A stretch of 51,421 nucleotides of DNA from Catalimonadaceae bacterium (GCA_044359055.1 JBIKMV010000001.1:1-51421), one strand, 5' to 3'; counted from the stretch's first letter, positions 9,890 to 19,862 are shown. Notes: generated from the letters alone by a model not told the origin. Made by a program: numbers and translations.

Positions 9890-12800
9890 TCAAAGAGAAC
9901 GCTTGGTTTCTTTTTCTTCGAAAGATTCAATGGTATCTCCAACCTGAATGTCGTTGAAGTTTCTGACCTTCAGACCGCATTCGTAGCCGAATTTTACTTC
10001 CGAAACATCGTCTTTGAATCGCTTCAGGGCCTCAAGCTCGCCTGTGTATATCACAATGCCATCGCGGATTACCCGCATGCCATTGTTTCTCTTGATGTAC
10101 CCATCGGTAACATAACAACCGGCCACATTGCCCACCTTGCTGATTTTGAATACCTCGCGGATTTCTACATTGCCCACGATCACCTCTTCCACCTTCGGAG
10201 CCAGCATGCCTTCCATGGCATCCTTGATGTCGTTGATGGCATCGTAAATGATGGAGTAAAGCTTGATTTCAATTTCCTCATTTTCGGCTTGCCTCCGCGC
10301 CTGGGCAGATGGCCTTACCTGGAAACCAATGATGATGGCATCAGAAGCAGAAGCGAGCATGACATCGGCTTCAGAAATCTGACCCACCGCTTTGTGGAGA
10401 ATCCTCACTGCCACTTCATCGGTTGATAGCTTCAGGAGGCTGTCTGCAAGAGCCTCCACAGATCCATCCACATCACCTTTGATGATGAGGTTGAGTTCCT
10501 TGAAGGTTCCCAGCGCAATACGCCGACCGATTTCGTCGATGGTGATGTGTTTCTTGGTCCGGATGGATTGCTCCCTCTGGATTTGTTCTCTCCGGTTGGC
10601 CAGTTCTTTGGCCTCCCGCTCGTTTTCCATTACATTGAACTTGTCACCTGCCTGAGGCGCATTGTTCAGACCCAGAACCTGAACCGGAGTAGACGGCCCT
10701 GCCGAATCAATCCGGCTTCCGGTATCGTCGTACATGGCTTTTACCTTACCGTAAATAGAACCGCAAAGCATAAAATCTCCCACCTTCAGGGTTCCGGTTT
10801 GTACCAGAACGGTGGCAACATAACCGCGGCCTTTATCGAGGGAGGCTTCAATGATGGTTCCCTGAGCCAGCCTGTTCGGATTGGCTTTCAGATCCAGAAT
10901 ATCGGATTCCAGAATTACTTTTTCAAGCAGGTCTTCCACGCCGTTTCCTTTTTTTGCTGAAATTTCCTGACACTGATATTTTCCACCCCAGTCTTCTACC
11001 AGAATGTTGATTTGAGCCAGTTCCTCCTTGATTTTTTCGGGGTTGGCCGCTGGCTTATCAACTTTGTTGATGGCAATCACAATGGGTACCCCAGCAACCT
11101 GTGCGTGGTTGATGGCTTCTTTGGTCTGAGGCATTACTGCATCATCTGCAGCCACCACGATGATAACCACATCGGTGACTTTGGCACCGCGGGCCCGCAT
11201 GGCCGTAAAGGCTTCGTGACCGGGTGTATCCAGAAAAGTTATGCTTCGGCCGGATTCGGTCATCACATCATAAGCACCAATGTGCTGGGTGATTCCTCCC
11301 GCTTCAGAAGCCACAACTTTGGTTTTTCTGATATAGTCCAGAAGCGATGTTTTTCCGTGATCCACATGTCCCATGATGGTGACAATGGGTGCACGGCCCG
11401 TCAGATCTTCTTCGGCATCCTGAATTTCTTCCACCACTTCTTCTTCTTCAGAAGGGAAAGTAGCCTCAAACCCAAATTCATCTGCGATGATGGTGAGGGC
11501 TTCGGCATCGAGGCGCTGATTGATGGATACAAACATACCGAGGTTCATACAAGTCATGATGACCTGCTGAACAGGAACATCCATCAGCGATGCTAGATCG
11601 GCAACTGAAACAAATTCGGTGAGCTTTAGAACTTTTGATACCTCATGATCTTCGATGTTATGACGATCTGATTTGTCTCTGGATCTCTTTTTCTGTCCCT
11701 TGCCCCCACCCCGATTCATAGTAGCCCGGATGTTTCCGGCAATTTCACGGCTGGAATAACCCGGCTTTTTGTCTCTTCCCTGGGTACTGCCTGGACGGTT
11801 TCCACCTCCCTGCTGTTGTCCCGGTCTTCCGGTTCCCCGGAATCCATCGCGCTGACCTGGTTGTCCCGGAGACCATTTCTGGCCCTCCGGCTTCTGACCG
11901 GGCTGCTGGGTTCCAGCCTTGGCCTGACCCTGATCGCCACCTTTCTGAAAATCGCGGTTCTGCACTGCTCCAGCCGAACCTCCCACCTGCACAGGTCCTG
12001 TTTTCAGTCTTTTGCGCTTTCTCTTTTCTCCTTCTGAGATAGAGGGGGTCTTGGGCTTGGCTTCAAATGCCTTCAGGTCAATTTTTCCCAATACAGTCAG
12101 CCCTTTGAGCTGATCTGCTTCCGCCTTGATGAGCTCTGAGGGAGCAGGGGCTTCATCAACAGGAGTACTTGCTTCAGATTGAACCTGAGGGGTTTCTTCC
12201 TCAATCTTGACCGGCTTTACTTCTTCGGCAGGCGGAACTGCTGCAGGACTGGCTGCGGGTTTTTCTTCAACTTTGGTTTCTGCCGGCTTCGGTTGCTCTT
12301 CTTTCTCAGGAGCATTTGGAGCAGATTTTTTACTTGTTGCCGGTGTTTTAGGTCCTTTCTTCTTTTCGTTGAGGTCAATTTTTCCCAGAACTTTCAGACC
12401 CTGAACCTGACCCTCGGCCTTGATCAGTTCAGGCTCTGCGGGAACTTCCGGTTTCTTTTCTTCTTTCGGAGCAGGCGGTTCCGGCTGTGGTTTTGGCACC
12501 TCTGCTACCGGAATCGGAGCAGGAGGAGGAGTAGGAACAACATCCTTTGGCTCAGGTGGTTTCACCGGAGGCGGTGGCGTTACCGGAGCAACCGGACGAT
12601 TCGGGGTATTCAGACCCGGAACCTGCCTTCTGAACAATGGTTCGTCCAGATCGTCTTCCAAACTTTTTTTCCTTTCCTTATGGGCATCTCCCTCGATTAC
12701 AATTTTTTCATTGTGTTTGTGTCCAAGGGAAATCCCTGAGGCCTCCTTTTTTTCCTGTGCCGAAGAGGAATACTCTTTTCGAAGCAAATCCAGTTCTCCC

Positions 12801-12931
12801 TGGGTAAGCTTGGCCACCGGGCTTCGGTCTACTGAAGAACCTTTTTTGTGCAAAAACTCAACAATGGTATCGAGACCAAGGTTGAATTCCTGCATCGCCT
12901 GACGAATTTTTATCGTTCTCTCTTCGGACAT
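9890..12931 (-). CDS. infB: translation initiation factor IF-2
   Basis: 1013 aa with the G domain ([24 protein letters not shown]) and the conserved C-terminal domains. The N-terminal linker is long and rich in P/E/K and G/Q. Confidence 0.97.
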   Translation of the reverse strand: MSEERTIKIRQAMQEFNLGLDTIVEFLHKKGSSVDRSPVAKLTQGELDLLRKEYSSSAQEKKEASGISLGHKHNEKIVIEGDAHKERKKSLEDDLDEPLFRRQVPGLNTPNRPVAPVTPPPPVKPPEPKDVVPTPPPAPIPVAEVPKPQPEPPAPKEEKKPEVPAEPELIKAEGQVQGLKVLGKIDLNEKKKGPKTPATSKKSAPNAPEKEEQPKPAETKVEEKPAASPAAVPPAEEVKPVKIEEETPQVQSEASTPVDEAPAPSELIKAEADQLKGLTVLGKIDLKAFEAKPKTPSISEGEKRKRKRLKTGPVQVGGSAGAVQNRDFQKGGDQGQAKAGTQQPGQKPEGQKWSPGQPGQRDGFRGTGRPGQQQGGGNRPGSTQGRDKKPGYSSREIAGNIRATMNRGGGKGQKKRSRDKSDRHNIEDHEVSKVLKLTEFVSVADLASLMDVPVQQVIMTCMNLGMFVSINQRLDAEALTIIADEFGFEATFPSEEEEVVEEIQDAEEDLTGRAPIVTIMGHVDHGKTSLLDYIRKTKVVASEAGGITQHIGAYDVMTESGRSITFLDTPGHEAFTAMRARGAKVTDVVIIVVAADDAVMPQTKEAINHAQVAGVPIVIAINKVDKPAANPEKIKEELAQINILVEDWGGKYQCQEISAKKGNGVEDLLEKVILESDILDLKANPNRLAQGTIIEASLDKGRGYVATVLVQTGTLKVGDFMLCGSIYGKVKAMYDDTGSRIDSAGPSTPVQVLGLNNAPQAGDKFNVMENEREAKELANRREQIQREQSIRTKKHITIDEIGRRIALGTFKELNLIIKGDVDGSVEALADSLLKLSTDEVAVRILHKAVGQISEADVMLASASDAIIIGFQVRPSAQARRQAENEEIEIKLYSIIYDAINDIKDAMEGMLAPKVEEVIVGNVEIREVFKISKVGNVAGCYVTDGYIKRNNGMRVIRDGIVIYTGELEALKRFKDDVSEVKFGYECGLKVRNFNDIQVGDTIESFEEKETKRSL

Positions 12932-12985
12932 AGAAATTGTTAAGTGTTCCTTTTTTTCTTTCTGAGGTTTCGGATTTGATGATGA

Positions 12986-14245
12986 TTACTCGTTTTCCTG
13001 GAATTCTTTTGACAAGATATCGATGACCTCCTGTATGGTTTCTTCCTCCAGGTCGGTCCTTCTGACAAGGTCTTCCACGGGAACAGAAAGCACACTTCTG
13101 GCGGTATCCAAACCTATTTTTTTGAATTCATCCAGAATCCATGCATCTATTTCATCATCAAATTCCTCGAGCGCAATGTCGTCAATTTCTTCTTCCGTTC
13201 CGTCAGAATCCCTGAATACATCGATCTCCTTTCCTAAAAGACGGCTGGCAAGTTTGATGTTTTGCCCTCCCTTTCCAATGGCAAGCGATACCTGATCAGG
13301 TTTCAGAAAAACGGAAATATTCTTTCCCTCCGGACTTGCTTTAATGGAAGTAATCTTGGCAGGGCTTAGCGCTCTGGCAATATATAATTCCAGATTTTCT
13401 GTGTAATTGATAACATCAATGTTTTCGTTTTCGAGCTCCCGGACGATATTGTGGATGCGGGATCCTTTCATGCCCACACAGGCTCCGACAGGATCTATGC
13501 GGTCGTCGAAAGACTCTACTGCCACCTTGGCTCTTTCACCCGGCTCCCTTACGATTTTGCGTATGGCAATAATATTGTCGTCAATTTCGGGGACTTCCAG
13601 TTCAAAAAGCCTTTCCAGAAACACGGGAGAAGTACGGGAAAGAATGATTCTCGGAGTTCCGTTGATCATCTCCACCCGATGTACCACTGCCCTTATGTTG
13701 TCTCCTTTGCGGTAACGGTCTTTGGGAATCTGTTCGCCTTTGGGCAATATCAGTTCATTTCCCACACCATCAATAAGCAGGATTTCCCGGTTGCCAATCT
13801 GGTAAACCTCTCCGATAATAAGGTCACCCACTTTATCTTTATAAGCCTGAAAAAGATTTTCCTTTTCGAGGTCTTTCACTTTTTGAACCAGTGTCTGCTT
13901 GGCAGTCAGGACTCCCCTGCGGCCAAAGTCGTTTTCGATTTTTACCTCTTCGGCCAATTCTTCGCCTACCTCCAGGTCGCTCTGAATTTTGATGGCCTCT
14001 GAGTAGGGAATTTTGTCATAATCCCAGATATCCTCCGACTCATCGTCCACCACTTCCCGAAAGCGCCAGATTTCAAGGTCGCCTTTGTCTATGTTGATGA
14101 TGATATCGAAGTTGGAATCTTCCACATACTTTTTCCTGATCATAGACCTGAAGACCTCCTCCAGGATTTTGATCATGGTGGGCCTGTCTATGTTCTTTAA
14201 CTTGGCGAAGTCTGAAAACGAATCAATTAGCGTTTTGCTGTCCAT
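12986..14245 (-). CDS. nusA: transcription termination/antitermination factor NusA
   Basis: 419 aa with the NusA N-terminal domain, an S1 domain and two KH domains (GACVGMKGSRI, AIGKGGQNI). It lies in the standard rimP-nusA-infB order. Confidence 0.96.
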   Translation of the reverse strand: MDSKTLIDSFSDFAKLKNIDRPTMIKILEEVFRSMIRKKYVEDSNFDIIINIDKGDLEIWRFREVVDDESEDIWDYDKIPYSEAIKIQSDLEVGEELAEEVKIENDFGRRGVLTAKQTLVQKVKDLEKENLFQAYKDKVGDLIIGEVYQIGNREILLIDGVGNELILPKGEQIPKDRYRKGDNIRAVVHRVEMINGTPRIILSRTSPVFLERLFELEVPEIDDNIIAIRKIVREPGERAKVAVESFDDRIDPVGACVGMKGSRIHNIVRELENENIDVINYTENLELYIARALSPAKITSIKASPEGKNISVFLKPDQVSLAIGKGGQNIKLASRLLGKEIDVFRDSDGTEEEIDDIALEEFDDEIDAWILDEFKKIGLDTARSVLSVPVEDLVRRTDLEEETIQEVIDILSKEFQENE

Positions 14246-14247
14246 TT

Positions 14248-14730
14248 TTATTTGAATGAAACCGTTACTTTTGCTTTTACAATATTCTGAACCGGAATGG
14301 CAACTGGCACCAGCTGGGCTTTTCTGCCTTTCTTTTTTTCTTCTGCCTCCAAGTGGATTTGGTCAGGGGCAACATCCAGCAATTTCCCTTCCAGAATTTT
14401 CCCTTCACTCGTTTCCACAATCAGTTTCCTGCTGATATTTTTCCGAAACTGCCTTTCGGAGCTTAGGGGAAAATCCAGGCCCGGAGAGGCCACTTCCAGT
14501 GTGTAGGCATTTTCGAAACAGTCGGCATCATCCAGAAATTTACCAAGCTTGCGGCTGTATGCGGCGCACTCGTCAATGGTAATGCCCAGATCGCTATCTA
14601 TCAGCACCTGTACCCTGCCTTCCTTTACCTTACCCGAACCTACAGAAACCTTTACCAGAAAATGATTTTCTGAATCCAGGTTTTCCCGGATAAAGGCTTC
14701 GATTAGTTCTTTGATTTCCTGAGAAGTCAT
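14248..14730 (-). CDS. rimP: ribosome maturation factor RimP
   Basis: 160 aa, ending 2 nt upstream of nusA. The RimP-like pattern includes YTLEVASPGLDFPL. Confidence 0.88.
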   Translation of the reverse strand: MTSQEIKELIEAFIRENLDSENHFLVKVSVGSGKVKEGRVQVLIDSDLGITIDECAAYSRKLGKFLDDADCFENAYTLEVASPGLDFPLSSERQFRKNISRKLIVETSEGKILEGKLLDVAPDQIHLEAEEKKKGRKAQLVPVAIPVQNIVKAKVTVSFK

Positions 14731-14738
14731 GAAAAAAT

Positions 14739-14763
14739 AAGAGGGGACATCGGGTCCCCTCTT
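14739..14763 (-). promoter_or_regulatory. leader stem-loop plus U-tract directly 5' of the rimP start codon
   Basis: The minus strand reads AAGAGGGGAC-CCGAT-GTCCCCTCTT followed by ATTTTTTC and then the ATG. The stem is 10 bp (14739-14748 paired with 14754-14763). Confidence 0.6.
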
Positions 14764-14775
14764 TCAAATTCGATG

Positions 14776-14783
14776 CAAATGTA
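14776..14783 (-). promoter_or_regulatory. candidate Bacteroidota -7 promoter box (TACATTTG) for rimP-nusA-infB
   Basis: Exact match to TAnnTTTG on the minus strand, about 12 nt upstream of the leader hairpin. Confidence 0.4.
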
Positions 14784-14906
14784 ATGCAATTTGGGCCAAA
14801 ATAAAATATTTGGAAAAAATTGACCCGATTTTATACCTGTAAACGGGTGGGTATTAAAGGCCCCGGCCGGTGCTTTAAAACGCTTAGAAACAACTGTACA
14901 AAGCTG

Positions 14907-16220
14907 TCAGCGCATGAAGTTCGGGATTTTACCCTGCATATGGCTCATCTTTTTCATCATCTTCCGCATTTCTTCAAATTGCTTCATTAAGTTGTTCACA
15001 TCCTGAATGTTGCGCCCGCTGCCGAGGGCAATCCTTTTTCTGCGGTTGCCCACAATCATATCGGGGTTTGCCCTTTCTGAGGGGGTCATGGACTGAATCA
15101 TAGAGACTATAGGCTTGAAGGCATCGTTGTCTATTTCCACATCCTTCATCATTTTACCAATTCCCGGAATCATGGAAATGAGGTCTTTGAAATTCCCCAT
15201 TTTCTGAATTTGCTGAATCTGAGAGAGGAAATCATCAAAGTCGAATTTATTTTTCCTGATTTTCTGATTGATCCTGCGGGCCTCTTCTTCATCGTAAACC
15301 TGCTGAGCCCTTTCTACCAGAGAGATTACATCGCCCATGCCAAGAATACGCTGTGCCATTCTGTCGGGATAAAACACATCTATGCCATCGAGCTTTTCGG
15401 AGGTGCCGATAAATTTGATGGGCTTGTCTACTATTGCCCTTACTGACAATGCCGCACCACCCCGTGAATCACCATCGAGCTTTGTAAGCACAACACCATC
15501 AAAATCAATGCGTTCGTTAAAGGTTTTGGCAGTATTTACAGCATCCTGCCCGGTCATGGCATCTACCACAAACAGGGTTTCGGAGGGCTGAATGGCCAGC
15601 TTGATGTTTTCAATTTCCTGCATCATCTCCTCGTCCACCGCAAGGCGACCGGCAGTATCCACCACTACGATTTTCTTATGGTTTTGCCGGGCATATTCAA
15701 TACCTTTTCTGGCAATTTCTACCGGATCTTTGCTTTCGGGCAGAGAGAAAACTTCTACTCCGGCCTGATTGCCTACCACCTTCAGCTGCTCTATTGCCGC
15801 AGGCCTGTACACATCGCATGCTACCAGAAGGACCTGCCTGCCTTGTTTTTTCAGCATGGCGCCCAGCTTACCGGTGAATGTGGTTTTTCCTGAACCCTGA
15901 AGACCCGACATCAGAATTACAGCCGGATCACCGCGGAGGTTCATGTCTGCACGGGATGAACCCATCAGCCGCACCAGTTCATCGTAAACAATTTTGGTGA
16001 GGAGCTCTCCCGGTTTTACGGCAATCCGGACCTCCTGACCCATTGCCTCTTTCAGGATGTTCTCGGTTACGGATTTGGCTACCTTAAAGTTAACATCCGC
16101 ATCTATCAGCACCTTACGGATTTCTTTTACCGTTGAGGCAACATTTACATCGGTTATTCTTCCCTGTCCTTTCAGGGTTTTAAAAGCCTTGTCGAGCTTA
16201 GAGCTTAAATTTTCAAACAT
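14907..16220 (-). CDS. ffh: signal recognition particle protein Ffh
   Basis: 437 aa with an NG domain (GLQGSGKTTF, DTAGR, TKLDGD) and a Met-rich M domain. Confidence 0.97.
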   Translation of the reverse strand: MFENLSSKLDKAFKTLKGQGRITDVNVASTVKEIRKVLIDADVNFKVAKSVTENILKEAMGQEVRIAVKPGELLTKIVYDELVRLMGSSRADMNLRGDPAVILMSGLQGSGKTTFTGKLGAMLKKQGRQVLLVACDVYRPAAIEQLKVVGNQAGVEVFSLPESKDPVEIARKGIEYARQNHKKIVVVDTAGRLAVDEEMMQEIENIKLAIQPSETLFVVDAMTGQDAVNTAKTFNERIDFDGVVLTKLDGDSRGGAALSVRAIVDKPIKFIGTSEKLDGIDVFYPDRMAQRILGMGDVISLVERAQQVYDEEEARRINQKIRKNKFDFDDFLSQIQQIQKMGNFKDLISMIPGIGKMMKDVEIDNDAFKPIVSMIQSMTPSERANPDMIVGNRRKRIALGSGRNIQDVNNLMKQFEEMRKMMKKMSHMQGKIPNFMR

Positions 16221-16303
16221 TTTAAATCCGGGAAAAAAGGCCGCAATGTAGGAAATCCGACTGAAGCGGAAGGCCAGGAATTGGAAAGGAAGTGTATATC
16301 AAC

Positions 16304-16753
16304 TCAGGAAACAGCGGTTCGTCTGAGTGATTTTTTCCATTCGTTTTGTTTTTTCAGATTGAAGAGATGGGTTGCAATCAGAACCAGAGACCCTGCCATG
16401 GAGACCAGGTGCCCACTATGAAAAAAAAGCTCTGCGCAAAGGGTGAGTGAAAACACAAAGAATGAAAGCCAGAGCAAAAGTCTGATAAAAAGATAGACCG
16501 TTTTTTTTCCGGCCTGCCATACTGCAATAAGGCAGGAAATCCAGAAAACGAGGGTCCAAGCGTCACCGGCCATCATGGCCCCAAAACCCAAACCAGCAAA
16601 TCCCATAGCTGCAAACTGTGGCATTAGACAATGCAGGATACACAAAAAACTTCCTCCCACCCCCAGAAAATCAGGGTTAAATCCTTTAGCCTTCGGCCCG
16701 GGTTCCGCATGAACCGATAAACAGGTGGGAAAATGCTTTTGATCTGGCGTCAA
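16304..16753 (-). CDS. MerC-domain-like small membrane protein (start uncertain)
   Basis: The segment DFLGVGGSFLCILHCLMPQF followed by 3-4 hydrophobic stretches resembles MerC-family proteins. A TATTTTTG -7 box at 16773-16780 lies inside the track ORF, so the ATG at 16843 is probably not used. The TTG at 16751-16753 is the first in-frame candidate start downstream of that box. Confidence 0.5.
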   Translation of the reverse strand: MTPDQKHFPTCLSVHAEPGPKAKGFNPDFLGVGGSFLCILHCLMPQFAAMGFAGLGFGAMMAGDAWTLVFWISCLIAVWQAGKKTVYLFIRLLLWLSFFVFSLTLCAELFFHSGHLVSMAGSLVLIATHLFNLKKQNEWKKSLRRTAVS

Positions 16754-16772
16754 TGTTTTTGCAACAAGGTCG

Positions 16773-16780
16773 CAAAAATA
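16773..16780 (-). promoter_or_regulatory. candidate -7 promoter box (TATTTTTG) for the MerC-like gene
   Basis: Exact TAnnTTTG match on the minus strand. It is part of a 21-nt motif shared with the M43 protease promoter. Confidence 0.45.
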
Positions 16781-16870
16781 GAAAGGTTTTAATTTCCTTT
16801 CCGGAAATTTTTCAAAACAAGAAAAATTTGGAAACCAAGCCATTTAATTTGCGCCACCAAAATTGCGTGG

Positions 16871-18793
16871 ATGCTGGTTTCACTTGGCTATATTTTTATT
16901 GTTGCCCTGCTGATATGGATTTTTCTGAACCTTCTGGGTTACGGGCTATCTAGGCTTTTATTTCCGGGAATTTACCAAACCGCAACGGGAAGAATATTGG
17001 GAATCATTGGGATTCTGATTCTTGGTGTTTCCTTTTATGCCATAATCAAAAGTGAAGGAAATACCATAGCTTGGCTATATTTAGCCGGTTTCTGTATCGC
17101 AATCGTTTTCCTTCCGGACAAAAAAAAATTATCCGAACACTCCAATAAGGAATTGTTTTGGCTAGACCTGCAAGCCTTTTTTATTTATATTCTTACTTTT
17201 TTTTGGATATCATCGTATTTTATGCCTGATTTTGGGTATAATATAAGTTTTATTTTTACAGATAATCTATATTACAGCAAATTAGCCACTATGATGATAG
17301 AAAAAGGCGTAGAAATTAATTCTTATGATTTTTTTTCAGCCATGGACAATCAGGTGGCCGAAAGAAATCCCTATCATTATTTTGAACTTTGGCTTACTGC
17401 TTTTTTTGCTGAAATTTTTCACCTTTCAACGGTCCAGGTTTTTGAACAAATAATTTTTCCACTTTTCATCGGAACAAGTTTCTGGGGTTTACTGTCGATT
17501 TTTGAATCGTTGGGTGGAAAAGTAAGCCTTTGGACAGGGCCTTTAATTTTTGTTTGTTTAATATTTCCGGGAATAAACACCAGATTATTGTCGGTATGGA
17601 TTGAGAAAAGAATAGGTTTACAATACCATATTATTGGCCTTGGAAGCGGAAAAATTCTACCACTGCTGCCTGTTTTTTTTACAGCTGTTTCTTGTCTTTT
17701 GCGGGGATACAAGGCTTCCGGATTAATTTTCTTGGCCTTGTGCTCATTTTTTTCGGTCGTATTATTTCCATTTTGGCTTACAATTGGCTTTATTCTGATC
17801 TGGCCATTATTTCAAAGTCTCAGGAATTGGTCTACTTCGGAGACGAAAGTAACCATCAGTTTATTTCTGCTCGCTTCATTTTTCGGATATTATTACTTCC
17901 CAAACAATTTAAAAATAGATTCTGAACATAAATTATTTTTAATAAACCGTGAATTAGCAATAAGATTTTTTAAAGAAATTAGATTTCAATTTGTGGTTTA
18001 TTCTTTACTCTTTATTAATTTAACTCTAGCCTTTGTTTGGATCATCTTTAATCATAGATTTAAAGCAAATGATTTTTTTAAATTAAAAATATATTCTTTT
18101 TTCGGACTGGCAATAGCCTTCTTATTCGGAATAGCCATATGGGCTTTTACTCCAACCTTTTTTGATGGATTTCAATTTTATTGGATAATCAGAACCATGA
18201 TTATTCCTGTCTTTGGTGTATTTGCTTTATATTTTACTTTAAGACAAAATAAAAAATATGCGATTACTTTTTTCATTGTTGTTTCTTGTCTTATTTTTCC
18301 AACAGGGTGGGCACAACAAAATTTATTTCAGAACCATGCGCACCCATCAATTAATCAGAATTTTATCTCACAACTAAAAAAGTATCTCCCCGAGAAAAAG
18401 TTGGTTTGGTATGGTTTATTGTATTCAAAAAAAACATATGATTTATCCGACCATCCTTTCGCCCTTCGGCATTTCGGACAGGAACCAACCGTAATTAATT
18501 CTCATTATTTCGGTTTGCCACTTTCTATTTTAGATGACTCTGTCTTGCTGAATCTCAAGCCCTTACAAAGGTTTTTAAATGAGAATCTCCTTCTGAAAGA
18601 AAAGGCCAGAAGCTTAAAGAATGGCGAAAAACTAAGCAACAACCAGATTGTGGCCCGTGTGGTAATGCAAAAAGAAATGCCTTTCGTCTTTTGTGAGAGT
18701 AGGAAAGACATGATACCTGAATTGAAGCCATGGGTGGTAGATTCCCTTGAAAACCCTGATAATCAAAATATTATTTATTTTTTAAAAAAATAA
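16871..18793 (+). CDS. large polytopic membrane protein of unknown function (GT-C-like architecture)
   Basis: 640-aa ORF with more than ten hydrophobic segments by eye, followed by a C-terminal hydrophilic region of about 150 aa. I recognise no family motif. The DNA is markedly AT-rich. Confidence 0.7.
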   Translation: MLVSLGYIFIVALLIWIFLNLLGYGLSRLLFPGIYQTATGRILGIIGILILGVSFYAIIKSEGNTIAWLYLAGFCIAIVFLPDKKKLSEHSNKELFWLDLQAFFIYILTFFWISSYFMPDFGYNISFIFTDNLYYSKLATMMIEKGVEINSYDFFSAMDNQVAERNPYHYFELWLTAFFAEIFHLSTVQVFEQIIFPLFIGTSFWGLLSIFESLGGKVSLWTGPLIFVCLIFPGINTRLLSVWIEKRIGLQYHIIGLGSGKILPLLPVFFTAVSCLLRGYKASGLIFLALCSFFSVVLFPFWLTIGFILIWPLFQSLRNWSTSETKVTISLFLLASFFGYYYFPNNLKIDSEHKLFLINRELAIRFFKEIRFQFVVYSLLFINLTLAFVWIIFNHRFKANDFFKLKIYSFFGLAIAFLFGIAIWAFTPTFFDGFQFYWIIRTMIIPVFGVFALYFTLRQNKKYAITFFIVVSCLIFPTGWAQQNLFQNHAHPSINQNFISQLKKYLPEKKLVWYGLLYSKKTYDLSDHPFALRHFGQEPTVINSHYFGLPLSILDDSVLLNLKPLQRFLNENLLLKEKARSLKNGEKLSNNQIVARVVMQKEMPFVFCESRKDMIPELKPWVVDSLENPDNQNIIYFLKK

Positions 18794-18991
18794 AAAGGGG
18801 ATTCCAAATCCGGAAACTGAATTCTATTTCTTTTTTTTTCTAAAAATCGGTATCATACTCTTTCAAAGGATAAGCTGATCCGATTTTTTTTGCATTCTGA
18901 AAATCATAATCAGTATTAGAATTTAAATTTTGGTTTTAGCCAGTTACTTGTTGCAAATGTTCAGAAAATAGGAAAAGCCGAAAAACGGCGG

Positions 18992-18999
18992 TACCTTTG
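18992..18999 (+). promoter_or_regulatory. candidate -7 promoter box (TACCTTTG) for the desaturase gene
   Basis: Exact TAnnTTTG match, 17 nt upstream of the TTG at 19016 and 59 nt upstream of the in-frame GTG at 19058. Confidence 0.45.
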
Positions 19000-19015
19000 C
19001 GCAAGGCAAATTCTT

Positions 19016-19798
19016 TTGCCTGCCAAGATTTTTCTACCTTATTATTTTCAAATTCAAGTGGTTATCATTCTTTTCTTCGTCATTCACTGGTACTTATCAC
19101 TCTTTTCTCAAACCTTCTTTTTGCATCGTTATGCCGCCCATGGCATGTTTGTGATGAATAAATTTTGGGAAAAATTCTTTTTTGCCTTTACTTATATAAC
19201 CCAGGGTTCTTCTTTCCTTAGCCCACGCGCTTACGCCATCCTGCACCGGATGCACCACGCCTACAGCGATACTGAAAGAGATCCCCACACTCCCCACCAT
19301 GCCTCCAATGTTTTTACCATGATGTGGAAAACCAAGGATATTTACAACCAGATTCTGCATTACAAGGCGGATGTTGAAAAGCGTTTTGCCGCCAACCTTC
19401 CACAATGGAAATTTATTGAAAGTCTGGGCGATAGCTGGATCAGCCGTGTTGGCTGGGGTACTTTTTATGTGCTTTTCTATGTGTGGTTTGTTCCCGCAGA
19501 TATGTGGTATCTATTTCTTCTGCTTCCCATACATTTCCTCATGGGACCTGTTCACGGTGCCATCGTAAACTGGAGCGGGCACATGTATGGCTATCAGAAC
19601 TTCGACAACAACGACAAAAGCCGTAACTCCCTGGCCATGGATTTTCTTATGATGGGAGAACTTTATCAGAACAATCACCACAAGCTTCCCAACCGGGTCA
19701 ATTTCGGGGTGAAATGGTTTGAATTTGATCCTACTTATCCCATCATCCGCCTTCTGTCGCTTTTCGGTATCATCAAACTGAAAGCGGTAAAGGCCTGA
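19016..19798 (+). CDS. acyl-CoA (delta-9-type) fatty acid desaturase
   Basis: The three His boxes HRYAAH, HRMHH and NNHHKLP are present. The track start is a TTG at 19016. The in-frame GTG at 19058, which would give (M)VIILFFVIHWYLSLF, is an equally plausible start. Confidence 0.88.
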   Translation: MPAKIFLPYYFQIQVVIILFFVIHWYLSLFSQTFFLHRYAAHGMFVMNKFWEKFFFAFTYITQGSSFLSPRAYAILHRMHHAYSDTERDPHTPHHASNVFTMMWKTKDIYNQILHYKADVEKRFAANLPQWKFIESLGDSWISRVGWGTFYVLFYVWFVPADMWYLFLLLPIHFLMGPVHGAIVNWSGHMYGYQNFDNNDKSRNSLAMDFLMMGELYQNNHHKLPNRVNFGVKWFEFDPTYPIIRLLSLFGIIKLKAVKA

Positions 19799-19825
19799 TT
19801 TCAGATTCTCTGCAACCAATACTAA

Positions 19826-19862
19826 AAAGGCTGCCTCCGAAAGGGCGGCCTTTTCCTTTTTA
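19826..19862 (+). terminator. rho-independent terminator after the desaturase gene
   Basis: AAAGGCTGCC (19826-19835) pairs with GGCGGCCTTT (19844-19853), with one G-U pair and an 8-nt loop. A T-rich tail follows. Confidence 0.7.

Noticed and set aside
11700-12000. A GC-rich repetitive-looking stretch lies inside infB.
   Set aside because: It encodes the G/Q/P/R-rich low-complexity segment of IF-2 (..[37 protein letters not shown]..). It is not a DNA-level repeat array.
12179-12902. Long plus-strand ORFs (186 aa and 160 aa, rich in Arg, Gly, Ser and Phe) lie antisense to infB.
   Set aside because: They are shadow frames of the low-complexity P/E/K/A-rich IF-2 linker. Their composition is the mirror image of that region, and infB on the other strand is certain.
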